Below are positions 1-13,322 of a DNA stretch of 64,000 nt, in pieces. The notes under the pieces are model-generated. The model was not told the DNA's origin. It did not search any database and saw nothing but the letters and a program-made list of their open reading frames with translations. The stretch is from Hemiscyllium ocellatum (taxonomy: Eukaryota). Each line of letters begins with the position of its first letter. Position 1 is the first letter of the stretch. The position numbers were made by a program, and so were the translations under genes. Where the stretch lies: positions 22,816,001 to 22,880,000 of the forward strand of contig NC_083437.1 in NCBI RefSeq assembly GCF_020745735.1, given 5' to 3'.

Positions 1-469
1 ATTTTATTAATCACTCAATCCTCACCATTGTGCAATGACAACCACCTAAACTTCATTTAATAGCTGACAGCTTCATTGTAAGGGCGCTGAATAACTTTGT
101 CCTGCCTTGGGCCACATTTGCTTTAAGATACACAATGGGGAATCCTGAGTTCACAATAACCCGACATCATAAAGGAACCCAACTGCCTTCAGTGAACGTC
201 CATTGAATGGTCAGAGGAACATAATACCAACAACAAAAAAATGTACAACTGCAACACAAGACTTGAGCGGACTATCACAACTAGGATGCTGGCGTAGGTT
301 GAGGTTGTGACAGTGCAGGAGACTAAAAGCTCACACTTGATCCTCCCTCCCTCCCTCCCTCAGTCAGTCAGTTATGGTCTGAATGAGGAACAGTATTTGG
401 CAGGAAGTTTGCCTACACTTTAGAGCAAGGCGCAGTGTGGAGGGAGGGAGAGGAGGATAGTTGATCACA

Positions 470-900
470 ACCCCGAGCGATCAACAAGAGACTGAAAGGC
501 AGCGGGGCTCGGGAGCCGTTACCGGGATACGAGCAGGAGCAGGAGCAGACACAAGGCCCGGCCGGGCAGCCCTCCCGCCCCGGCTCTGCGCTCTACCTCA
601 CCCCGCTGGATCTAACTCGCGGCGTCCTCCATGTGAGGGCCAGCTGAAAGACGGTTCCTATAGCGGGGTGTGGGCGGAGGGAGGGGGGGTATGAATGGAC
701 AGGGCTTGCCCCCGGGGCCAGGTGGCACTCACCATGGCGATGGCGGTGGTGGTGACGGTTGGCGACGGCACTCTTGCGGACGGTTCCTTCGTCGGGCCCG
801 AGCGATCATCCGGGTCACGCAGACAGCCCGCACTCAACCAATCAGCGGCCGAAGCTGCAGCTTGCCCAAGTATGGGCCTCGCAATGCGGAAGTACTGCTT
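470..900 (-). promoter_or_regulatory. CpG island / promoter and 5' UTR of putative CAPZB
   Basis: GC- and CpG-rich block; CCAAT at 838-842 and ETS-type CGGAAGT at 887-893 upstream of the minus-strand ATG. Confidence 0.65.
733..735 (-). CDS. CAPZB: CAPZB exon 1 coding part (initiator ATG only); intron 1 runs off the window start
   Basis: Minus strand reads ...accgccatcgccATG|GTGAGT: good Kozak context followed directly by a consensus donor (732-727), inside a CpG island. Vertebrate CAPZB exon 1 ends at the ATG, and CAPZB lies head-to-head upstream of MICOS10 in human. Identity rests on exon design plus synteny, not on protein sequence. Confidence 0.72.
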
Positions 901-1363
901 CAGGAGATGTACTCCACCCTCCCTCATGATTGTCAATATCCTTAATAACTGCACACTCCCGATGGCACAGTAAATATTTGCACATTACATTGTTAATATC
1001 CTCATCTGCTCACTCCCCATTTCACGGTTAATATTTGCAGAGTCATTATCCTTATTATCTGCTCACTCCCCATTGCACAGTTAATATCTGCGCACTGCCC
1101 CTGCATTGTATCTTCAAAATCTACACACGCGCTACTGCACTATCAATATCACACACTGTCCATTGCACTATCAATGTCTTGAAAATCTGTACATACTCCA
1201 ATGCACTTTCAATATCTTCAATATCTGTACACTCTACCTGCACTGTCAAAATCTTAATATCTGCACATTTCCAGCTGCAATCAATATCTGTGCACTCACA
1301 CTAAACTGTCAATATCTTCAATTTCTGCAGTCTCCCTATTGCACTGCCAATACCAGTGCACTT

Positions 1364-2380
1364 TCACAAGGTTTGTGAAGGTTTGTAGCTCAGAGGTTTA
1401 GAGTGTAGGTTTGCTCACTGAGCTGTAGGTTTGATGTCCAGATGTTTCATTACCTGGCTAGGTAACCTGGCTAGAAAGGACAAGGGAGAATTACAAACCT
1501 GTGTTTACAGAAAACCGACAAATACTGACCAAATACTCAATTACACCAGCAACTATCCCAACACACACAAACGAAGCTGTATCAGAACACTATTCCAACG
1601 AGCTTCCACACACTGCAGCACAGACAAACTTCGAAAAACAGAGGAGAACCACCTATACAATGTATTCAAGAAGAACGGATACTCAAAAAACACAGTGCGC
1701 AGATTCCTCAAGAACAAACCACGACAAGCAAACAAAACCCAGCCAGAAACCCTAATCACCTTACCATACATCAAAGAAGTTTCAGAAATGACAGCCAGAC
1801 TACTGAGACCCCTTGGAATCCTAGTAGCACACAAACCCACCAACACTCTCAAACAAAAACAAGCAAACTTAAAAGACCCAGTACAACCCATGGACAAAAC
1901 CAACGTCGTCTATAAAATTCCATGCAAGGACTGCCACAAACACTACGTAGGACAAACAGGAAGAAAGTTAGCCACCAGAATACATGAACACCAGCTAGCC
2001 ACAAAAAGACACGACCCCCTCTCCCTCATAGCCCTACACACGGATGAAAAAAAACACCATTTCGACTGGGACAACACATCTATCCTGGGACAGGCTAAGC
2101 AAAGCCATGCCAGAGAATTCCTAGAGGCCTGGCACTCCAACCACAACACCATAAACAAGCACATAGATCTAGATGCCATCTATCAACCCCTCAGAAAATG
2201 AACAGGAAATGACATCACCACAAACCCCAGGAACCCCATCCAGGAGAAAGATATAAATAGAAAGCAGGAGACAACAGCTTCGCTTCACTTGGAGGTAGCC
2301 ACTGATGATGTTACCTAGCCAGGTAATGAAAGGTGTGGATATCAAACCTACACCTCAGCGAGCAAATCTACACCCTAAAC
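1364..2380 (+). mobile_element. Penelope-like retroelement, 5'-truncated (RT C-terminus + GIY-YIG endonuclease), with a short inverted copy of its 3' end at the 5' side
   Basis: ORF 1431-2201 has VYRKPTNT, ITLPYI, VVYKIPCKDC..YVGQTGR..RIHEH, FDW and REFLEAWH. 1364-1466 is the reverse complement of the 3' pLTR. Near-TSD accagtgcactt (1352-1363) / accagcgcactt (2379-2390). Confidence 0.92.
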
Positions 2381-2580
2381 CAGCGCACTTCCTAATACAC
2401 TGTCAATATCTGCACACACTCCATTGCACTTTCAATATCCTCAATATCTGCATCCTGACAAGTGCACTGTCAATATCTACACACACCCTGCTCCACTTAC
2501 AATATCCTCAATTTCTGCACAGTCCCTGCTGCTCTGTCAATATCAATGTCTGCACATTCCCCACTACATTGTCAATTTTT

Positions 2581-2845
2581 AGATTACTTTCGGCCCAACA
2601 AGTCCACACCGACCCTCCGAAAAGCAACCCTACATTCACCCCTTCACCTAACACTACAGGCAATTTAGCATGGCCAATTCGCCTAATCTGCACATTTTGG
2701 GACTGTGGGAGGAAACCGGAGCACCCGGAGGAAACCCACGCAGACACAGGGAGAATGTGCAAACTCCACACAGACAGTTGCCTGAGGCGGGAATTGAACC
2801 TGGGTCTCTGGCGCTCTGAGGCAGCAGTGCTAACCACCGTGCCAC
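2581..2845 (-). mobile_element. tRNA-derived SINE (HE1-like shark SINE)
   Basis: Reverse complement has tRNA A/B box-like head (gtggcacggtggttagcact...ggttcaattccc) and the typical body tgtgtggagtttgcacattctccc...; near-identical to the copy at 20990-21293. Confidence 0.85.
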
Positions 2846-4682
2846 TGTCTTCAAAATCTGTACATACCCCCAACACTGTCAAAATATCAAAATCTGCACA
2901 CACTACTGCACTGTCAGTATCTGCACACTCCCCATTGCACTGTCAACATACTCAATATCTGCATACTCCTCACTGCAGTGCCAATATTCTCAATACCTCC
3001 ATATTCCCCAATGCAGTGTCAATGTCTGCACACACCTCACTGCACTTTCCAAATCTTCAATATATACACACTCCCCACTGCACTGTCAATATCCTTAATA
3101 TCTGCAGAATCCCCCGTACACACTCACCACTGTACTGTCAGCACACACTTCCCACTGCACTGTCAATATCTACCCACTGTGTTATGAATGCCTGCACATT
3201 CCCCACCACATTGTCAATGTCCTCAATATCTGTACACTCCCAGCTTTACGTCAATATCCTTAATATCTGCAGAATCCCCCGTACACACTCAGCACTGTAC
3301 TGTCAGTATCTCCACACTCCCCACTGCACTGTCAATATCGACCCACTGTGTTATGAACGTCAGCACATTCCCCACTACCCACACTGTCAAAATATCTACA
3401 CACTCGCCATTGCACTATCATCTTCACACTCGCCACTGCAGTCAATATTTTCAATATGTGCACACACCCCACCACACTTTCAATATCCTCAATGTATACA
3501 CACTCCCCTCTGCACTAACAATATTCTCAATATCTCCATACTCCCCACTGCACTGTCAATGTCCTCAATATTTGTACACTCCCCTAGTGTGTCAAAATCT
3601 CAATATCTGCATACTCACTACTGCACTGACAATATTCTTAATACCTGAACACGCCCCAATATACTGTCAAATTCTGCACAATCCCCACTGCACAATGTCT
3701 ATAAATTCCCTGCTACACTGCCAATGTCCTCAATATCTGCATACTTGCCCCCACACTGTCAAAACCTCAATATCTGCACACTCCCCAATGCATTGTCAAT
3801 ATCCTAAATATCCACACACTCCTCACTGCACTGTCCATATCTACACATTCCACACTGCACTGCTAATATCTACGTGCTCCCTCTGCACTATCAATTTCTC
3901 AATTTCTGCACACTCCCCATTGCACTGTGAACATCCTCAATTTTTGCACACTCCCTTAGTACACTGTCAATCTCTTCAATTTCTGTACACTCCCCACTGC
4001 ACTGCCAATATCCTCAAAATATGCACACTCCCCAATGCACTGTCAACTGTCAATATCTGTACAGTCCCCATTACACTGTCAATGTCCTCAGTTTCTGCGC
4101 ATTTTCCACTGCACTGCCAATATCTGTACAAATCCTACTGCACTGTGACTATCTTCAATATCCGCACACATCCCAATGCACTGTTAATTTCCTCAATATC
4201 TGCACACTCCCTGCTGCACTGTCAATATCTGCACACACCCCACTGCACTGTCAGTATTTGTACACTCCCCAATGCACTGTCAATCTTTGCACACTCCCCA
4301 CTGCACTGTTAGTATCTGCACACAACCCACTTCACTGTCAATATCCTCAATATCTACTCACACCCACTCACCACCCCCTCAGATAAAACATTCCTTCTCC
4401 AATGTCCTTGAATGTGTGTACACCACTTAAATTTAATCTTCATTTCCATAGAACCATTTACTGTATTTCTCCCTTCAGAATTCCAGCACTGCGACAGCAC
4501 CAACAGAACTAACCAATACTGTATGCACAAACTACATTTTTGGTGATAGGAACATGGTATTTTATCTTTCTACAACTTCATTACTTGCTGTTAATGGACA
4601 AGGTTCTTCTCTCAGGGACTGGAACAATTCGAACAAATTTATTATTGGGAAATTAATTTAGTGCAGATAAGGAAACAAATTG

Positions 4683-5010
4683 GGTGATACAATGGCTCAG
4701 TGATTAACGCTGCTGTTTCACAGTGCCAGAGACTCAGGTTTGATTCCAGCCTTTGGTGACAGTCTGTGTGGAGTTTGCATGTTCTCCCAGTGTCTGCATG
4801 GAGTTCCTCCCACAGTCCAAAGATGTGCAATTTAGGTGAATTGGCCATGATAAATTGCCCTGTAGTGTCCAGAAATTTGCACATAAGGGAGGTTAGCAAT
4901 AGTTAATGCGGGGTGATGGGGTTGGGGTGGGTCTAGGTGGGATACTCTTTGGAAGGTCGGTATAGACATTAATGGGCTGGATGGCCACTTTCTGCATTGT
5001 AGGGACTCTA
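4683..5010 (+). mobile_element. tRNA-derived SINE (HE1-like), diverged
   Basis: tggctcagtgattaac...ggtttgattcc...tgtgtggagtttgcatgttctccc body. Confidence 0.8.
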
Positions 5011-8000
5011 TAATTTGTTTTCCTTTTCATGTCTATGTGCCAGACCATAGAGGTTCAAGGACTCTTAATATTGAAGGAGCTAAAGAAATCACTTTAATTC
5101 ACCAGTCTGAATAAGTTATGTTTTAAATTCTGTATATTTACACTGCATGATTCTGGAAACTGCATTAAACTTTTATTTCAGAATAAAGGTTTTTTTACAT
5201 GGTTTTCACAAAGTTTTTGTGCAACTAAGTTAACTCAGGCAAATTCAAAATAAGAATTAAATTCAATGAATCATCAAAAAGGTTAAGATACATTGCAAAC
5301 CCACTTAAACGTGCAAAGCAGTTTATTTTTGGCATGACGTTATGTTTTAATTCTCGTCCTAATCCAGTCCTCACTTACCATTTACACACTTTCTGTGACA
5401 GTAATCATAAACTGGATTTAAGAATAGAATGTTGAGGAATGAGGAAACTGGAAGCATTTGTTGTAAATATAACTGTGCACATTAAGAACACTTGGTGATA
5501 TCAAGTTCAGCTTTTATGAGTAAGTCAACCTTTAGTTGGGTTTTGCGTTTCAATATTTTCAGAGGGTTGCACTGAGAGATAACCAAAAGGAGAATTGAGA
5601 TTCTCTAATTGGCAATTACTAAAAAGGAAAATGGCAATACTTTGGGGTTACTATTAACTATTTTTCAGTCCCTGTTATGAGAATACTGGACAAACTAGAT
5701 TATTATTGTGATTTGGCTTGATTGACTAACAGTTTGTAAAAAAATAGAATGCATGTCAGAAACTAGAGCACAAAAGAAAGGAGAAGGATTCCAGGATTGA
5801 ACTGCAATGCCAAAAAATGTTCATTATACAAAGTTGAACAAGCCTAAGCACTAGTGAGTAAAAGGGGTACAATGAAAAGGTAAGATAATTATTATGCATT
5901 ATATTTACAATTTAGATGCCAGTATTCAATATTAACAAATGTATTTATTGAGAAACTGTGGTCAAATACCTCAAAGATTGCACTATAAGCAACCAATGCA
6001 ACCAAGATAGATCCCACCAAGATGTTGGTAAGATTGTGGGTTTTCAAATCTCCTTAAAACTCTGTCTCTTTCACAAGGGATTCCATTTCTTCATTTTCAG
6101 ATATCTAACCTTGGGACATTCTTAAAACCTCCCTAATTCAGAATGCGTCAAATACTGCTCATGTTTGTAGTTCAATTTCTTCTCCAGAGACAGAGAATCC
6201 TAGGATTCTTGAGACTCCCAAGCATCTAATAACGAGCACAAGGTCAACCTATATCAAACAACTAGTTTTGTCTAGCTGCTGATAAATTTCTTTAGACACC
6301 AAAATTTCTCAATTTCATCAAGTTTGTCGACTTCCTTCACCCTACTCTCAGCCCTAATCCCCCCACTCTTAGCACTCAGCTTATTTCTTGGCATGGAAGC
6401 AATATTCCCTGGGACATCATCTGAGCTTTAAAAGCCTACAATCTGCTCTGGTAAGGCCAATTTATTGAACCATAGCCTAGTTAAGCAGACTCCTTCTGAC
6501 GTATCCTGAAAGGAGCAACATCGTGTAAGTTCTGGTAAAAGCTCTTCTCTGTTGTGCTGCCTTATCATGCATACCTCTCTAAATTCCTCTTCATTCCACT
6601 TCTGTTTGCATCCACAATAAGAGTACTTATGAGATTGCCCACAGGGACCTTCCTACTAAAAGCTCAGTTAAACAAGAGCTTAGAAAAGATTTTCAGCCAT
6701 TAACTATGGCAATGTGGCTAGCAGAGTCTTCTGTTAAACCATCACTAAATAAAATCAAGAAATTTCATACAACACTAAAATATGACACTCATGATACATA
6801 ACATATGTTTGTGAACAGTCAGCCTTGCAAGTGAGGCTTTTTTATGCTCTACAAAATGATGCAAACATGAACCAATGCAGTACTGTGAGAAATAAGAGGA
6901 TTTCCAAAAAGTGATGACATTCATCACAAATGCATCGCCTCATAAAGAATGTATCTCAACTTTGCCATATTTTACCAATCTTTATATAATGATAGATGTG
7001 TTCCTGCCCCTAATCTAGAAGCTCTGGGTTCTAGTCTGCTCTAGTATTCAATTGCCAAGGAAGATTTATTCAAAATGCAGCCAAACAATCTTCCAAACAC
7101 GCCAATGCCAGGCAGTAAGGGTGAAAGGGATTCCTGGTCAGCCAAGTAAGGGAAACAAATTTGAGCTTTCCCTATTGCTATGCATAGCTCCAAGCTACAA
7201 CCTGCATGTGAAAATGTATGATGCAACAGAAATTCAGACCCCATGAGTGCCTGATTGGTTCAGTTGACAAGACAGGGAATGTGGGTCATATTAACGGTAT
7301 GGGCTTTCAGTTCACCAAGATAAAATGACAGAACTATGTAGTTTTTGAGTGAGATACATCCCAATCTGAACTCATTGGTCTTGGTAAGGATGAGCTTAAT
7401 GCGGATAATTACAAATTTATGAACTCTGTGATTTTGTAGACAGCTAAATCAATTCTTTATTAGTTCTCTTGCACCAGTGAGATATCATGTAATCTCCTGA
7501 AGTGTGAAAGATTTCCAATTTCCGATTCAAATAGTTTCAAATGTGAACAAATAGATCATTCAACTTGTGTGTTCTAGCAAAGAACATGATCTGTCTTAGG
7601 AAAGCTAATCAGGACAGCCTTACAGCTGGAACCTGGTAGGTGGCAATCCTCAGATTGTCCAAATATTCAGACATTTGCAGAATCAAATTTCTTGTAATTC
7701 AAACAGCTTTGGTAACTAAATGCAGCAGCTCCCTATGGAGTGGTAAATGTGTATTGACTAACTTTAATGTGACAGATATAGTTATTTTGGGAAATTCTCA
7801 CAGATTAGTAGTCTAATCCTGATTTGTATGCTGATCCTTTTCTCTTTGGCTACTTGTTGCACTAATGTGCTTTTTTTTCTTTGACTTCATGACAGAGGAT
7901 TTGCCAGAAATGTTAATTTTTTTTATCACAGATCCTGATTGATTGCTGAGTATTTAAAATGTAGTTTTCTGACTGATTTTCTTTTAACTGAATTTTACAG

Positions 8001-9159
8001 CACATTTCTTATGATGCAGTTACAAGGGGCAAGGATTTTGAAATGTTTTTGCATTTCATGATGCAATGTTGTGCTTATTTAGTACGTAATTTTAGCACAC
8101 ACAGAGTTCAGATATCCAGTCAGTGCTAAAGATATGAATAGGTTACACTTTGATTTATGTGGTGTGAATGTTTCCCTGCGATAGCTGTTTCTTCTACGTT
8201 AACAGCTAAGACTGGGATTACAGCAGCATATACATTTCACACAGTGGGGTATTCTTGACTAATTATTATCAGTCCCCACCAAGCATTTTTATTTTTGATA
8301 GTTCAGCATGCAGAGAAATTAAGTTGATTGATTCAACTGTTTGTCAATTCACGTTTGTTAATATTTCAGATAGTACAGTGTTTATTTGTTTTTGATATCT
8401 GATGGTTTGCTCTCCACCTGAGTGGTTGACCGTAAACTACTTGCGTTCCTTCAAGTAATCTACATGTTGATTAACTTAGGAACAAAAATGTTAGCTTCAA
8501 AGCAGGGGGCTCTTGTGGCACAGCAATACTGTCACTATTTCTGAACCAGAAGATTATGTTAAAGTCCCATCTACTCCAGAGTGGTGTTATAACACAAGTC
8601 AACAGTTGTTACAAAGAAATTTAGGTTCAGGGCAGGCCTCAGGGCCATTGTTTAGAGTTACCAATGTAGATTTCAAGGAAACACCTAAAATTGATCTTAA
8701 AATTAAATTTAATCTTTCAAATGATGATTTATTAATTATTTACTTTAACAAAACTTTATGGATACTTGTATTTCCTGTCAGCAGTTGATTTTCTGTTGTC
8801 ATTCTTCTGTCATACTTTTGTGTCAACATTTTCTCTCATAAATATCAATATTGATCATCACAGTGTATTTTGCCTATCTACGTTTACCACTTTCCTTATT
8901 TGACAATTGGATTTTGCACGAATCACTCAAATTTGTCCCTGAAAATTATTCATTTGAAAACTATTGATGAGACATTTTCCCCTGGTAACTGCATTTTCTA
9001 ATTTTTAATTTCAGGGTTTAAATAAAGTAAAAGTACTTCTGAAATTACACCTTCATAATAACACGGTTAAATATGTACAGTCATTGTTATGCCTTTAAAT
9101 GTTTTGATTAACAGCTTGCTTTCAAGCCTGGTTCTTCTCAGACTGAGCGACACATAAGA

Positions 9160-9640
9160 CAGACAAAGTAGGAATTGCTTGAGGAACTCAACATATTTGG
9201 CAGTACCTGCGAAAGAAAGTAGATAATGTTTTGAGACCAGTGACCCTTTTTCAGAACTGACAGTATCTAGGAAAAGTGGTGGCTGGCTGAAGACAAGGAG
9301 TGGGGAAAGATTGAGCAGATGGGTGGAGATGTAGCCTGGAGAGAGTGAACAACAGTTAGAGAGACAAGGGATGAATGTTCAGGAGAAAGTAAAGCTGATA
9401 ATGGGGTCAATAAGTAGATTATAATGGATTGGCTATGTTGAAATGATTGAACTCCAGTCCTGTAGTCTGCTGGGTCCCCAAGCAGAAAATGAGATGCTGT
9501 ACTTCCAGCTAGCACTCAGCCTTGCTGGAGCACTGCAGCAGGCCCGAGACAGAAATGTTGGCACATGAACACATTGATGTGTTGACGTGGCAGGCAACTG
9601 GAAGCTCGGAGTGATTTTTGCAGATGGAACATAGGTGTGC
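9160..9640 (-). mobile_element. Old Penelope-like 3' fragment (GIY-YIG tail + degenerate pLTR)
   Basis: Reverse complement carries remnants of ..LEVQHLIFCLGT..; layout resembles 55222-55682. Confidence 0.55.
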
Positions 9641-10184
9641 TGCAAAGCAGTGCCTAATGTGCACATGCTTACATCTGTTACCATTGCTAAATTTTTCTCA
9701 GAGAGATACCATCACCCGTCAAATATGGTCATCATCATTCAACACATTGGCCATGCGTCATACAGCATGGAAACAGACCCTTCAGTCCAACTAGTCCATT
9801 CTAAACATAACCCTAAACAAAACTAGTCCGATATTATGCTCCTGGCCCACATTTCTCCAAACCTTTCCTATTCATGTATCCATCCAAAAGTCTTTCAATA
9901 TGGCTGATGAGGTTCCCACTGTCACTCCCTGCCATAGACATTTCAGCAGGATTTGTATGGATAGTCAACCAATAATCCATGTTTGGTTACATTACAGGTG
10001 CACTTTGCATGCACATCAACTCCTTAAAAGGAATGCAAACCCAGAGGTCTTGACTCAGAGGCAGGAATATTACCACTGTGTCATAAAACCTACTTAACTC
10101 TTTAAATCTCTCTCAGAGGTCTTGGCTTGTATTTGATATTTTTACCCAGAACTGTGACACCTGAGAGATGAACTTTAATTAGAG

Positions 10185-12330
10185 TCATAGATTCATAGAC
10201 ATGTACAGCATGGAAACAGACCCATCGGTCCAACCTGTCCATGCCGACCAGATATCCCAACCCAATCTAGTCCCACCTGCCAGTACCTGGTCCATATCCC
10301 TCCAACCCTTCCTATTCATATACCCATCCAAATGCCTCTTAAATATTGCAATTGTGCCAGCCTCCACCACTTCCTTTGGCAGCTCATTCCATATACGTAC
10401 CACCCTCTGCATGAGAAAGTTGCCCCTTAGGTATCTTTTATATCTTCCCCCTCTCACCCTAAACCTATGCCCTCTAGTTTTGGACTCCCCAACCCCAGGG
10501 AAAAGACTTTGTATATTTATCCTATCCATGCCCCTCATTATTTTGTAAACCTCTATAAGGTTACTCCTCAGTTTCTGATGCTCCAGGAAAAACAGCCCCA
10601 GCCTGTTCAGCCTCTCCCTATAGCTCAAATCCTCCAACCCTGGCAACATCCGTGTAAATCTTTTCTGAACCCTTTCAAGTTTCACAACATCTTTCCTATA
10701 CGAAGGAGACCAGAATTGCTTGCAATATTCCAACAGTGGCCTAACCAATGTCTGTACAGCTGCAACATGACCTCCCAACTCCTGTACTCAATATTCTGAC
10801 CAATAAAGGAAAGCATAACAAATGCCTTCTTCACTATCCTATCTACCTGTGACTCCACTTTTAAGGAGCTATGAACCTGCACTCCAAGGTCTCTTTGTTC
10901 AGCAACACTCCCTCGGACCTTACCATTAAGTGTATAAGTTCTGCTAAGATTTGCTTTCCCAAAATGCAGCGCTTCGCATTTATCTGAATTAAACTCCATC
11001 TGCTACTTCTCAGCCCATTGGCCCGTCTGGTCAAGATCCTGTTGTAATCTGAGGTAACCCTCTTCGCTGTCCACTACACCTCCAATTTTGGTGTCATCTG
11101 CAAACTTACAAACTATACCTCTTATGCTCACATCCAAATCATTTATATAAATGACAAAAAGTAGAGGACCCAGCACCGATCCTTGTGGCACTCCACTTGT
11201 CACAGGCCTCCAGTCTGAAAAACAATCCTCCACCCCACCCTCTGTCTTCTACCAAATGTATCCAAATGGCTAGTTCTCCCTGTATTCCATGAGATCTAAC
11301 TTTGCTAATCAGTCTCCCATGGGGAGCCTTGTCAAACGCCTTACTAAAGTCCATATAGATCACATTACTGCTCTGCTCTTTGTTACTTCCTCAAAAAACT
11401 CAATCAAGTTTGTGAGACATGATTTCCCACGCATAAAGCCATGTTGACTATCCCGAATCAGTCCATGCCTTTCCAAATACATGTACATCCTGTCCCTCAG
11501 GATTCCCTCCAACAACTTGCCCACCACAGTGGTCAGGCTCACTGGTCTATAGTTCCCTGGCTTGTCCTTAAAACGCTTCTTCAACAGTGGCACCATGTTT
11601 GCCAACCTCCAGTCTTCCGGCACCTCAACTGTGATTATCGATGATACAAATATCTCAGCAAGAGGCTCAGCAATCACCTCTCTAGCTTCTCACAGAGTTC
11701 TAGGATACACCTGATCAGGTCCTGGAGATTCATCCAGCTTTACCCATTTCAAGACATCCAGCACTTCCTCCTCTGTAATATGGACATTTTGCAAGATGTC
11801 ACCATCTATTTCCCTACTGTCTATATCTTCCATATCCTTTTCCACAGTAAACTCATTTAGTTTCTCCCCCATTTTCTGCGGCTCCACACGAAGGCCCCTT
11901 TGCTGACCTTTGAGGGGCCCTAATCTCTCCCTAGTTACCTTTTTGTCCTTAATATATTTGTAAAAACTCTTTGGATTCTCCTTAATTCTATTTGTCAAAG
12001 CTAACTCATGTCTCCTTTTTACCCTCCTGATTTCCCTCTTAAGTACACTCCTATTTCCTTTATACTCTTCTAAGGATTCACTCGATCTATCCTGTCTATA
12101 CCTTACATATGCTTCCTTCTTTTTCTTAACCAAACCCTCAATTTCTTTAGTCATCCAGCCTTTCCTTTCACCCTGACAGGAATATACTTTCTCTGGATTC
12201 TCGTTATCGCATTTCTGAAGGCTCCCCATTTTTCAGCCATCACTTTACCTGCGAACATCTGCCTCCAATCAGCTTTTGAAAGTTCTTGCCTAGTACCATC
12301 AAAATTGGCCTTTCTCCAATTTGGAACTTG
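10185..12330 (-). mobile_element. CR1 LINE, 5'-truncated, frameshifted ORF2 (RT) plus 3' tail
   Basis: ORF fragments PGNYRPVSLT, YMDFSKAFD, GVPQGSVLGP, KFADDTK, LERVQKRFTRM; 3' microsatellite tail (tctatgaa/tctatgac) at 10185-10200. Confidence 0.95.
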
Positions 12331-12514
12331 TGTAGACATGACATGTTTATGCAAATAAAAATGAGCAGATGGAGGGATGTACAAAAACATTGGGTTGTGG
12401 AGGAGGTTAACAACCTCTCGTGTTAATAGATTTCTTTAGCTGTATAACCGATTGCATTTTGAAAGCAAATATAGCAATTAATTTACGCATTACATGGTTC
12501 CACAAACAGCAATG

Positions 12515-13322
12515 TGTTAATGACCAGTTGGTTATTTCATAATTGTTGGCCTTGGTATTGGAAGATCGTGTTTTGAAGTTTAAGATGTATATGGTTCCTT
12601 TAAGAGACAGTGAAGGCTGTTTTGGTAGTGAGAGTTTGCAGGCAGCTATCATGTGACTGACTAGCAGTCCCAGGGTGTACTGGAAAATTGAAAATATGTA
12701 ACATTTGGCTGTAAGTTAGATTACTCAGTTGTTTTGACCACTGTTTGAATTTAACCAATCAGTTTAAATTATGCCCCAGGTTACTGAAACTCAATTGCAT
12801 TTGAATTTTACTGTTTTGACAAAATTGAATCAATGAGACCGTCTGATGTTTGGGGTATAAAAGAAACTGGCATTTTGAGAGTTAACCAGTGAGAGAGTAA
12901 ACTGCATTCAAAACACTCTCTATCAAAGGTACCTTTTTCATATGAACTATTTTTGCAGCAAAAGACCAAAGACAACCCAGGGAAATCTATAGCCAGAGGA
13001 AGACAGATGCTGACAACGATAGCTGTTATTTGGTTTTGAAAATTAAGTTGATGTAATTTTAATAGGGGCTTTTATTGGATTAGTATATTGTCATAGACTG
13101 AGGGGTAAATAACAAGCATTTAAGAGAAAGGAGGTTTAGAATTGTAAATAGTTGTGATTTAATGTTCACTTTAAGAGTTAAAAAATAAAACTTGTTATTT
13201 TTCTTTAAATAGTGGAATTTGGGGAGTTCTCGTCACTCATACTTCAACAGATTAAGAGGTAAGGTGAGCTTTTCTGGGTGTTTGATTTAATTAGCAGAAG
13301 GTTTCACCACTGTGTCATTACA
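12515..13322 (+). mobile_element. Probable solo LTR (~810 bp)
   Basis: Termini TGTTAATGAC...GTCATTACA (TG..CA, inverted); TATAAAA at 12856-12862; AATAAA at 13184-13189. No clean TSD. Confidence 0.6.

Larger units (their letters stand above)
930..4380. repeat. Degenerate tandem satellite, unit ~29/38 bp (ctccccactgcactgtcaatat[cctcaatat]ctgcaca), interrupted by a Penelope element and a SINE
   Basis: The motif recurs throughout the interval; the His/Cys/Pro-rich ORFs here are translations of the repeat. Confidence 0.9.

Noticed and set aside
461-973. ORFs over the first CpG island
   Set aside because: GC-rich chance ORFs; the only supported coding bases are the spliced ATG.
2305-4386. Long His/Cys-rich ORFs (447, 374 and 121 aa) resembling zinc-finger or metal-binding proteins
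   Set aside because: They are translations of a stop-poor satellite plus SINE and Penelope pieces; they are open in several frames and have no domain spacing.
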